Positions 39,701 through 52,119 of a DNA stretch of 64,000 bases are shown here, in pieces. The stretch is from contig NC_058133.1 of the NCBI RefSeq assembly GCF_016433145.1, positions 189,960,306 through 190,024,305 on the forward strand. The letters run 5' to 3'. The DNA comes from Gracilinanus agilis (Eukaryota). The number at the start of each line of letters is the position of its first letter. Within the stretch, counting starts at the first letter, position 1. Below the pieces are notes generated by a model. That model was not told the origin of the DNA and did not search any database. It was given only the letters and a program-made list of their open reading frames with translations. The translations under genes were made by a program, and so were the position numbers.

Positions 39701-42700
39701 ACATTTGTGTCAAAGCTCTATAGTTTGGTAATCATAAGGATATTTAATGCAAAAACTTTTTGTTTTTTTGTTATTTTATGTAGTCTAAATTGTGGGGTAT
39801 GATCTTTTGCTCTTCATTGGCTAAGAGGTGTCAAGGCCCCAGAAGAACCTCTCTAATGGTGCCTACCAATGTCTCCCAGTGCAAACTGATCGTCTTAGTC
39901 ACAAACAGGATAGAAGCTCTGAATTAAATTATTCACTGTTGGATATTAGATTGGGAGCTGGAGGTAGATTTATTCTCAGTGTATTTTGATAATTTAAGCT
40001 TGAAGCTCAGTTTCTCTATTGTTAATCCTAGAGTAAGCACTATAACCTTGTTTCATTTTCTAACAGAAGTAATTTTATATAGTTGGGTAGGATTTTTTTT
40101 TTTAATCCCTTACCTTCTGTCCTGAAGAGTGGCAAGGGCTAGGCAATTGGGAATAGACTTGCCCAGGGTCACATAGCTAGGAAATATCTGAGGCCCTATT
40201 TGGACCCAGATCAGCCCAACTCCAGATCTGGGTGCTCTGTCCACTGTGTTAACCTAGCTGCCTCTGGGAAGATTTAAGATATAGGATGCAGGGGATAAGT
40301 AGGTGGTTCAGTAGATTGAGAGCCAAGCCCATAGTCCTGGGTTCAAATGTGGCCGCCGACACTCCTGGCTCTGTGACCCTGGGCAAGTCACAATACCCAT
40401 TGCCTACTACTACTCTTCTGCCTTAGAATCAAGACAGAAGGTAAGGGTTTAAAAAAAAAAGATTTAGGATCCAGTGAAAAGAACACAGAACTGGAAATCA
40501 GCAGACCTGGCTCTGTTGCTATCTAGCTATGTAACTTTGAGGAAATCCCTGTTCCTCAGTTATCTCTTCTTTCAAATGGTATAAGGTTACCAAATACCTC
40601 CCAGAAATATTGTGCCAAATTTGCTGTCACATCCATCCAGCATTTGAAATAAGCTCTCTGATGTGGGCAAGTTACCTTTCTGAGCTTCAGTTTCTTCATC
40701 TGTAAAATGTATAAAATACTTATACCACCTTTCTTCATAGGGTTGTTGTGGGGCAAGTACATTGTAAATAAACCTTAGTGCCTAGATAAAAGTGAACTAC
40801 TATGATAATCAGAGGAAATAAGAGATATGAAATCTTTTAGATTGGAAATATGGCAAACTGTAGAACATTGTTCCATGTATAGTCAAAGTGTGAACATAAA
40901 GTCAAGTTCACATAATATGTGTGTGACCATATATAGTCAAGTGCGATCAATTTTATTTAACTGTTTTTCTTTGTTGAAAGGTTCACTGGATGAAGGGAGG
41001 AGTATATCTGAAAATGATATAAAAACAGAAGACATTAATAAAACTTTAAAAATAGAATGGTTGCAAAAATTAAAGCCACTTTGAATTGGTCTGATCATTT
41101 TGAACATCAGTTTTGAACTCTGACCACATACTCTAAACCATGAAGACTCTTTAACCCAGGGATATCATTATTAGGCCCCAAAGAAATCAAAGAAGAAGGA
41201 AAATATTTATAGGAGCACTTTTTTGTTGTAACAAAGAATGGGAAACAAAGAGAGTGTTTGTTGATTGGGGAATGGCTGAAAAAATGATGATAAACAAATA
41301 AAATCAATATTATTACATCATAAGAAATGTTGAAAGACATGTTTTTAGAGAAACCTGGGAGATTTATATGAATTGATGTCAAGTGAAGCAAATAAAACCA
41401 AGAGAACAGTTTATACAGTTAACATTGTAAAGAAAAAACAACCTTTAAAGACTTGAAAAGACTTATCAATATCAACTCTAAAGGTCTGTTGAGAAAGGGT
41501 GCTGCCTATCTCCTGACAAATGGTGATTGACTCATTGCACAGAATTAGGCACATGTTTTCAGACACGTAGCAGTTGTATGAATTCATGTTGCTCGATTGT
41601 GCTTACTTGTAAGAATTATGTTTTTCATTTTTATTTGGTGGGAGAGGGTAATTCAAGGTGTAGAGAAAGTATATAGCAATAGAGTTGACCAAAAAAGGTC
41701 ATTGAAACTTTTTTTTTTTAATGCACAGAAGAGAACCAAAGGAAGTACAGAAGGAACACAGATGAGGATAGCTTTGAGAGTAACATGTTGAGTTTTTACC
41801 TTTTTTCTTTTTTAATCAAGCCTGTAATAGAACATTTTCACAGAACTCTATTTCTGTTCTACTTAGTATATGGAACTTTTCTTTAGTTTTTGGTTTCCAC
41901 TAAATTTAGAATTAAAAAAAGAAATACTTTCCTGGTCTCTTAAGTCATGACTTGAATGGATCTGGCCTTTGGGTAGTTCCCAGCTAGCATTGTACAGATC
42001 TTGTTACTGCTGCCATGCTGGGTTCAAAAGATGTATTCTTTTCTTGTGATGCTGGGTCAAGTTAAAGATGAATGTACATTTGGTGGGAAAATTAAAAATA
42101 AAAGTCAGACTATTTGGGGAACAACATGGAGGCCAAAAAAATAAGCACTTGGTATAAAAGTACCAAGTGCCTGTTGTATGGGCAGCTGTTAATCAACAAG
42201 GTTTCAGTGAAAACAATTCTTTTTGATGAGGCAAATGTGTGGGAATAGCTAATTATGGTCCAACTGTTGAGAGTGGGGTTAAAAACATGTTAACTTGTCA
42301 CAACAGAATTCCTCTTGTTCTTTCTGCTGTGGGCTGACTCCACATTACTCGCTTTGTTCTAGAATGGAATCTACTCACCATTTACTAAAATGACATGCAT
42401 TTCCCCGGGGGAGGTAAGACCAGTTCACTAGATCTTACATTTTAAAGAGGAAGGACCAGATTAGTATAGAGCATTCCCAACATAGGCTCTGCTTACTTCT
42501 CATGGGGACACCATCAGGTTTAGATTTGAGTCTTTTGCCTTATTTATCCAAGTTCTGTTTTTATGGAAACGGTATCTGGTTTAGCCAGTCTGAAGCCTTG
42601 GACAAATTGATGAACTGTTCTGAGTTCTTTCTTTGTAAAATGAGTACAACCTCACAGGATTGTTATGAAGATCAAATGAGATAATGGGTGGAAGTGTCTG

Positions 42701-45700
42701 GGTTTGGAACTTTAATTGTTGTCATTTGTCTCAGTTTGATACACAGTTTTGTGTTCTAGAGTCGATTCCTTCTCACCTGACTCTCCACACTACCTCACCC
42801 ATAGTAGTAATCTGTGTTCTGCCTTTTATTAGACATAATGGCATTTGGACTGTATTGTTCAGTCATGTCTGACTCTTCAAAACCCCATTTGGGGTTTCCT
42901 TGACCAAGATACCTGAGTTGCCATTTCCTTCCTCTACCCTATTTGACAAATGAGGAAACTGAGGCAAACAAGGGGTAATAGACTGTTTCTAATACATTAG
43001 AAACAGTCCAATCAGGCCAAGTAATTAAAAAGAAATTTGTAGCACTAGGTAATCTGATTTCTAATTGGATGAAAGATTAGGAACTTTCCAAATTGGCAGA
43101 GGAAGAGTATATAAGTGATCCTTGAATTCAGAGTCTCCTCCTCCCTAGGTATTTGTAAACAATCAAAGGAACTTGGAAACAATAAGTGATTGATCAATAT
43201 GGAGCCAACTTTCAAATAAGACTTCTGGATTGTTGGAGATATACAATTAGGAGAAAACTCCTTGCATTAATCTTAGGTTCTGACTGCTTTTCTGGCCCTT
43301 CGTTAAGGGTCTTTAAACAGCAGGTACAGGTAATCCAGTTTCACAGCCACATAGAGCTGGGTTCAAACAGTGCAATACACTTTTCTCCAGTTCCCACAAT
43401 TGAACTTTTCTCACAGAATTTGAACCAGACTCATAATTGAATAGAAAGGGAACAGAGCTCCTGAATTGAGTCATAAGAAGAGTCAGTGTGGTTCACTCAA
43501 TTCCTTCAATTAACCACTTGCTGTAATTAATTCCCTCAATTCCTTCAAGTGTCTGCTCCTAGTTGGGACCCTCGTTCATTTGCATATTGTGATGTTGGAT
43601 ACAATATCACCTACTGTACGAAGATTTAGACATGGGCCTGAATTCAGGCTTCCCTTTTCTATCACTTTTTTCATGTTAGGGTCCTTGCTACCAGAGTAAA
43701 AATGGGTAGAGGGTGATGACTTGCCAGTTGATGCCTCTAATTTCCCCTCTTCCCCCAAAAACCTTATAGCTCCAATTTCTCTTTTTTGACTTTAATCTTT
43801 TGTACAACTTAGTGTTTCTGCTTAACATACGCAAATATGTATGTACTCTAGTTTGTATAGAAAATTATAAACTGTCACATAAGCTATGCAGAACACCTGA
43901 ACACATAGCCCTCTCCCTCCACCTCCCACCCACCTCATTCTCTTATACTTGGTTTCCAACTTCATCACTCCACTGAAATTATTCTCTTCATATTCTATTG
44001 TAATTAGAAACAAGATAGTTAACACCAAAATAAGCCCACAGGATGGGGGAGATAGACTAGTACCCTGTGGGATTAAGCTATTCCAGTAGCTCAGGGTCCT
44101 TTGAAGGAATTATGGGAATAGTTTAGTATGAAGAAGGGATGTTTCTGATGAAGCTTTTGTGTGCTTAATTAACCAATTAAACTAACTTAAAGGACCAGAC
44201 TGTTTTAGCTTTGTACATAATCCTGCCTTCCCCTTTGCCCAGAGTAGATGCCACACACAGAGTAGATGTTTAATAAGTGTTTATTGTTTCCTCAGCTCCA
44301 TTTGTACTTTTACTGATACATAACCTAATTTTATACTGTATTTGATCAAGAGGAAATTCCCTAATAGTTTTTTTTTACTGCTGACTTTCCAATCAAAGAG
44401 TGAAATTAAAAGAATTTACTAAATACCAAGTACACAAACATTTCTTTCCTTTTCATACTGCAAAATCAGTAGGCCTAACTTTGAATTTAGGAATCAACTA
44501 ATTGATTTTTAAAAGCATCTTAAAGGGATTACAGTTGTGACTCATTGGTTACAGACAGGCAAAATTCCAACATTCTCTTGCTATAGAGGAATTTCTAAAT
44601 TTGTCTCACCCAAGGGAGAATGACTGAAGTTCCAGCATGAGAGAGTGAAGGATTACTTAAATTAGCTTGAATGTAGTTAAATGACAAAAAAATAATGCCC
44701 AGGTATATTAGAGTATCTCAGTAGAAGTTCCTTCAATTGGTACCAATTTTCCATTTTGTGTGCTGCAGGGACTATATTATTATTGTTTTTTAAACCCTTA
44801 CCTTCTGTCTTAGTATCAGTTCTAAGACAGAAGAGAGGCAAGGGCTAGGCAATTGGGGTTAAGTGACATGCCCAGAGTCACACAGTTAAGAATTATCTGT
44901 GGTCAAATTTTGAACCCAGGTCCTCTAGACTCAAGGCCTTGCACTCTAACCACTATGCTACCTAGCTATCCCTGAGGCCCTATATTATTACATCCTTTCT
45001 AAATTACAAAGATCAGTCACTTGGTATGATTCTTATTCTCTATCTTTTTCTCTCTTCTCTCCTTTTCCATTTCAGGGAAGCAGAATCTTTCAAGGAACAA
45101 GGAAATGCATACTATGCCAAGAAAGATTACAATGAAGCATATAACTATTATACAAAAGCCATAGGTGAGAAAGACTATACTTGGTATCTATATATCCCAA
45201 AATGAAAAAAAAATTTTTTTAATTGAATTTAAAATTATTATTAAAATTAACCAAGATATTATTGAAAGTATCTCAGTAATGTAGCTGTGTCATTTGCTTT
45301 GTGCATTGATCATGTTATTTTGTGAGATCCTTGCAGTTGAGAGTCCAGAAGAAATTAATAACCAGGCATCTGGTTTCTTGATCTTGGCAAATGACTGACA
45401 ACTTCACAAGCCTGTGTTACTGGGTGGGGATAGTGATGGAGAGCAGTCTTCCTAAATGCATTTCTGAAAAATGCCAGTTTATTTCTAGCCTTAGAAAGTA
45501 TTTATTTTTAATATTGTCGGCTCCCAGTTATCCATGTGTAGGCTTATTACCAGCAAATTTTCAATCTCATATTGGCACTTCTTTCTTATTAAGCATGTTG
45601 CTGAGGCTCCTTCCCTCAGAACCATTTGGTGTGTACACATTGAATATAAATTCATTTTAATATTCACTTAAGCAATAATTAAGCAGTTTCTCCCCGACCT

Positions 45701-48700
45701 CCCCCGCCACTCTCCAGTTCAGGTACTCATGTCATGTATCAAGATTTTTTAATTACCTACCTTCTTTTTTGGACTATTTGTGTCATGACTTCTGGCCATT
45801 GACATGGATGGTCAAGAATGTGATCTTTAAAGAGATTCTGTCAACTTCCATTTTTTGGTTTGACAGGATGCAAAAAACAGTACTGAGTGGGGGAGCCTCC
45901 TAAGCTTCAGAAACAATGACCCATGCTATACTTTGTTTTATATCCCACCCCCCCCTTAGACATGTGCCCTAAAAATGCTAGCTATTACGGTAACCGAGCT
46001 GCCACATTGATGATGCTGGGGAGGTTCCGGGAAGCACTGGGAGATGCCCAGCAGTCAGTGAGGCTGGATGACTCTTTTGTCCGGGTATGTGATGGGACCA
46101 TTTGGGGAAGGCTGGGTTGCTTGGGTTGAGTACATTTTGCCTTTGTCTTCTGTTGTCTTTTTTAATTTGTCTGCCTGCTCTATATTCTGCCCCTTTCTCT
46201 CTTCCCAATTACCTCTCTTCTTTCTCTAGGGTCATCTACGAGAAGGCAAATGTCACCTTTCTTTGGGGAATGCTATGGCTGCCTGTCGCTGCTTCCAAAA
46301 GGCTCTAGAACTGGATCACAGAAATACTCAGGCACAACAAGAGGTATGGTCAGAAGAGATAGAATAGTGGCAAATTGAAGGAATCTTAGACTGGGTCTAT
46401 TCCTGGCTCTGACCATGTGATCTTAGGCAAATCAGTTCAGTTTTCTGGACCTCAGTTTCCTCATTTGTAACATGAGGGAGTTGGCTTCTAGCTAAGGTCC
46501 AATATTATAGTGGTCTAGAGGTTCAATAGTCAATGAGAACAAAAGGATATTTTTGTTTTGTGAAAAACTGAGACAAGGGGCTGCTGGGTGTCTTAGCGAA
46601 TAGAGAGCCAGGCGTAAAGATAGGAAGTCCTAGGTTCAAATCTATCCTCAAACACTTCCTAGCTGTGTGACCCTTTCACTTAACCCCCATTGCCTAGCCC
46701 TTGCCACTCTTCTGCCTTAGAACCAATACTTAAGATTGATTCTAAGAAAGAAGGCAAGGACTTTAATAAAAACTAAAAACAAACAAAACTGAGGTAAGAA
46801 GATTGCTATGGAGTTTCAAGAAGGTGGAGATGATATTTTATTTAAGTTGTATTTTAAGCTACAACTTAAAATCCAGTTCAGATTGGTGATGACTGAAAGT
46901 TGTTCCCTATCTGTTTAGACTGTATTTAATTTGAGAGGATCTGGAAACTTTCACTCAGACTATGTAAAAGCATAGTCTGATGCTGTATATCAAACTAGTG
47001 ACTGACATAGTTTGAAACAGAGGGTGGAGTTTGGCCCCTGGTTGTCCTGTTAAAGACCCTCTGTTGTACCTTCATGATCATGAAGCTTCAAAGGGTATCA
47101 TAAGTTGCAGAAAGATTATAGTGATTAGCTTGGGGAGGAAGGGATTTATTTTGTTCTTGTTTTGCAGTTGTTTAATTGTATGTCATCATGAAAACTTAAT
47201 CCTTTTCGGGTTTCATTGTAGTTCAAGAATGCCAATGCTGTCCTAGAATATGAGAAAATAGCTGAAATGGATTTTGAGAAACGAGATTTTCGTAAGGTAA
47301 AATATAAAAATACAATATAAGATCTAATCTTGCCCTTTCTCTCCAGGAGGTATCCAACTAGTTCCCTATTATTCATGCTGGTTGAAAGGAATAGTGATGT
47401 AGACAATTCAGAAATCATTTTTTATATGACTTTGGGTAAAAGCAGGCTATTCTTTTTAGTATGTTTACCTTCTTAATTAAAATCTTAATTATATTTTGTT
47501 TAGTTTACTCATTAAAGGAGTTTTATATTACCTGAATGTACTCAGCTACTGATAGGGCAAGATGTCCTATGGGTATAGGGCTGTGGTGTCCAACCTGTGG
47601 CATGCAGAGGCCTCTCCGTGGGCATCGAGCATAGTAGGCCCCTGGTTTGGCCTGCTGGGAGGCTGGCCCCTTCCCCAAATGTAGGGGATGGGGCATTCTA
47701 GCCTCTCTCTATTGTTGCTGGGGGGCGGGGCTTGAGCTTAGCTGGGTCTTGGAGGCTTCTCCCCTCCTCCCTTCTTGAGCTGAGCAGCTGTGGTGGCCAC
47801 ACCCTATGCCCCCCTCCAGCCAAGATTGATGATGGATTCTAACCACCTATCACTCTGAAAAAGGTACAAAATCCTTTTAGTCTTTGTGGACCCTTACTGG
47901 GTGAATAGTACTGGTAACCATCCTGCTTTTGTAAGCAAAAAATTGATTGGATCCAGGCCCTCCTGATTGCACTGACCCTAATTAAAATAATGGATGAGCC
48001 CCTTTCACCAAGCCCTAAGAGAATATACTAATCAGATCTTCCCTAATCCTTCAAAGGAGGTTGGAGGTGAAATCACACACCCAGCCCAAATGGAGGGATC
48101 TAACCATATAACCCTTGACGGGAAGGTCCCCATCCAGCCATCCTATCCACCCCCAGTGCTGTAAAACTGGAAGGGCAGAATACATGGACTCACATCTCTC
48201 GAATTAAAACCCTTTATCCCCACAGAAATAGGTAGCTGTCTTTCCTGGGTTTTGAACTATGTACACTCAGCTACCTGGGCAGATAATTCCTTAATTCATT
48301 TGGTGGAAGCTGCAGCTAAAGCTGGTTCCTCAGGACTGTTGGGTTTGGAAGAAATACCCCCAAAGTGAAGAAAATCCCTGGTGGCCCCTAGCTGGTGGTC
48401 TCCATGCCTACCAAATGCCTGAGGCTTCCAGGAAATTTGCATCCACTCCATTCTAGCTCTAGCCTTTCACTTTGAATATCCCCAGGCCCAGCATTGGGGG
48501 ATGATGCTCATTCAGGATGGATGGGTTAATCAAGACCCTTTCCAGTATAAGTGCTTTGGTAAGGGTTGGGTCACTGACCTTTTCCCTTTTAATATGACTC
48601 ATACACTGTGTAGAAATTGCACTGGGAACCCTGTTCACCTCCAGGAAGGGAAGGATGATGTATTCCTCTAATTGTACATACTGGTATCCTAATATAACAT

Positions 48701-51700
48701 CTGCAGTCATGAGCCTGCATGCAGTTGGGGTTGGAGTGGGGCATGGCACAGAGGCCCTAAAAAGTTCCTGTCACTGGTATAGGGGAAATCAGACTAGGAT
48801 TAAAAAAAATGTGCTTTAGATAATCCTCATTTTGTAAGTAAAAGTTGCTATCCAGAAGTTGGGAGGAACTTCTTATCTTAGATGTATGGCCTATGATAAT
48901 TTATTTGGTTCTTAGGCCTTATTCACAGAAGCATGTTTCTGTCCATTTATGGAGCCCACCATGTGTTGGTTCTCGTAGTGAAACAAACCAGAGGATATGG
49001 CAGTAATGACAGTCCTGTTGCCATTCAATCTAAGAAGAGGGACTGGGTTTGAATTAATTATTATTAAGAGGGTATAAAATGTTTTCAAGTTGAATGAGAG
49101 AATGTTACCAAGTGTTTATCTCAGAAAAATAACCATTTCCTCTTGTTTCCCTCAAACCTAAAAAGCCATGTTGGAGTTTGTACCATGCTCATACATAGAA
49201 TCTAGCTACTGGTGTTGGTCCTGACTATCATTTAATACCAAGAGCATGTCTTTGGAGCAAAAACATCTGGTTACTGTATGCAGGACTTAAGCATCAGTTC
49301 ACTAGAACCTCTTCTCTGCTTGTTGATTTAAAGAGCTACTCTCTCTCTCTTTGGTATGACTCATCAGTTATTTGGATTCAACCTCTTATCAGTGCTTTCT
49401 GAGATTTTCCCCATTCTCCAGCAGAGCAGATACAAGAGCTTTGTCTCTGAAGGGGGCTTGCTTGGGTGTCTGCTTGTTCTTGCCCACCCTGGAGCCAGAA
49501 TCCCCTGTTTGTGACATCCCAGCCCTCCCCACTGTATCTCATGGTGATGTCACAAATGAGGAATTATGATCCTGGCAGGGGGAACAGATGACCTTGAAAG
49601 AAACAAAGATCTTCTTTGCCTGCAGCTGTCTCTGGTCATGGGGGGTGGGAAGAGAAATGCAAAGCTTCTGACTGATACTCCCCAGCCACCACTGTTAGCG
49701 GAATTGTTTCTTACCTTGGGGTCCTCCTGACTTCTCTTGAAGGTATTAATTATAATTAGCATGGCTGTTGATTGAAAATTGAGCAACTTTTTTTCCTTTG
49801 TTGCTATATTCTTTTCCCATTTGAGGAGAAAGATGTGACATCATGACTCTTTGTATGGCCAAAAATCTGAAATAGAAGCTTGCCCTTAGGATGATGATTT
49901 AAGACTTCTTAAAATGTGATATTTGTTACTTATTGGTTGACCTTGTTGAGCAAGGCCTTGTTTTTAGTTATCAACTTTTTCTGAACAGGGAAGAATGAAG
50001 TTTCCAGGCCCTAAAACTTAAGCTCTATACTCTCTCTCTCTGTGGTCCCTATAACTAGATACTTACAGAGAATCAGAATTTTTCTCTAAATTTTGTCAGT
50101 GTCAAAATTATCCTTGGGAAGAAAACTATTTTCCAAGCAAATTTCTTTAAATGCCTGCATTCTAGAGCTAAATGCCTTGCAACAGATTAGGATTGTGACC
50201 ATGACCTGCCAAAAAATAAAAGTAGAAGGGAATGTTTATAACAGATTTCTAGGGAAAAAAAACTTCAAATATATATATATATATATACTCCCTTCTAATG
50301 ATGATATTGGGAAATAAGACTGGCAGCCATCTTATCCAGCCCTAGTTTTTATCCTGAACTCCAGGCTTGCATCACCAACTGCCTGATACCCTAAGATGTT
50401 CTTCACTCTTCCTCATCTTGTATTAATCAAGTTGTCAATTACCTCCACATCTTCCTTCTGTCTCCCTCCTCTACTCACTTGGCTCTCATCACACCTCACC
50501 TGGACTAGTGCAGCAGCATTCTAATTGGTCTCCCTGCTTCAGTCTCTCCCTTATTTAATCTGGCCCTCACACCATTGTCAGAGAGATATATAGTTATTAA
50601 ATGTTACTACTTTTTTTAGAAGGCTCCATTGGATCCCTCTTGTCTCACAAATCAAATACAAACTTCTCTATTGGCCATTTAGAGCCCTTTACAATCTGAC
50701 TTTAGCTCACTTTTCCAGGCTTATTTCACATTATCATTCCTTTTCCTATCCCCTGTGGGTCAGACAAACTGACTCCCTTGTTGTTTCCTGTTTGTGACAT
50801 TCCATCTCCCATCTCTGTTACTTTGCACAGATTGGAAAGCACTCAGCCAAACTAGCTAACTGAGTACCTTCTATGTGACTCTCACTCCCCCACATTATTT
50901 TGTGTTACCTAACTGTGTATATGTTGTTTTTCTTAGTGATTACTAGTTCCTTGAGGGCAAAGACTACTTGGCTTTTGTCTTTGTATAATCAGAGCTTAGC
51001 ACAGTGCTGGGCACAAAATAGGTACTTATAAATGCTGCTTGTAGGGGCAGCTAGGTGGTTCAGTGAATAGAGAGCCAAGCCTAGAGATGGGAGGGTCTGG
51101 GTTCCAATCTGGCCTCAGGCATTTCCTAGCTCTTGACACTGGGCAAGTAAGTCACTTAACCTATTGCCTAGCCTTTACCTCCTCATTTGCCTTAGAACCA
51201 ATACACAGAATTGATTCTAAGACAGAAGGTAAAGGTTTAAAAAAATGTTTTTAATAAATGCTTGTTGATCAATTGGTGTTATAGGCTAATTTGTTATATG
51301 AAGTTTCATCCTATTATAAGTAGTTGCATTTTGGAAATGTGATCTCATACAGCTTGTTTAAATCCATGTCAAAATGAGCTGAGAGTGATTTGATTGGTGA
51401 TTAGGAGTCCTGAATTGTGAGTGTGTCTGTGAAGTAGAATTGAAAGTATCTCCTTGGGGTGGGATCCTTTTAGAATTGTAAAGAAAGAAGCAAGTTAACC
51501 CTGGCACCTGAGGTAAGAGATGTATCCCACCCATATTGCATTTCTGTGCATAGAATTTAATTATTTGCTCTCTGATAAATAGGCTAAAGAAACCCATTTT
51601 GGTGGTTTCTTCTACCTTTTGGCTTTTAACCAACTAATCCAATATCTGGGAAGATGCTGAAGTAGAATTGTCTCAGAAGCCTGAGCTGAAGACTTCATCT

Positions 51701-52056
51701 TCCTTCTTCCTCTTTACAGGTTGTTTTTTGCATGGACAGGGCCCTGGAATTTGCCCCTGCTTGTCATCGATTCAAAATCCTCAAAGCAGAGTGTTTAGCA
51801 TTGTTGGGTCGATATCCAGAAGCACAATCTGTAGCCAGGTATAATATCAAGCAGGATTTTACCCTGGAATAAGGTGACCCATGGGTTGGTTTTAAACACT
51901 TGGCTCCCTGGAAGTGCATACTGATAATATGGTTCTGGCTGGCTGGGGACAGACTAATCACGTCTGATTTGGGGCTTATTGTCACTTAAGGGAAATATTT
52001 GTCAAGTCAGTATTTGAGCATAGATAGAGGTATGTGTGTGCCTGCGTGGGTGGGAA

Positions 52057-52119
<63 letters not shown>

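Noticed and set aside
42145-42170. Perfect 10-bp hairpin GCACTTGGTA-taaaag-TACCAAGTGC with an AAGTGC seed-like arm
   Set aside because: The stem is too short for a pre-miRNA, and roughly 0.5 such stems are expected by chance in this window.
44802-44833. 12-bp inverted repeat cttctgtcttag...ctaagacagaag
   Set aside because: Internal to a SINE tail; a similar variant occurs near 3285-3315, so it is a repeat-family feature.
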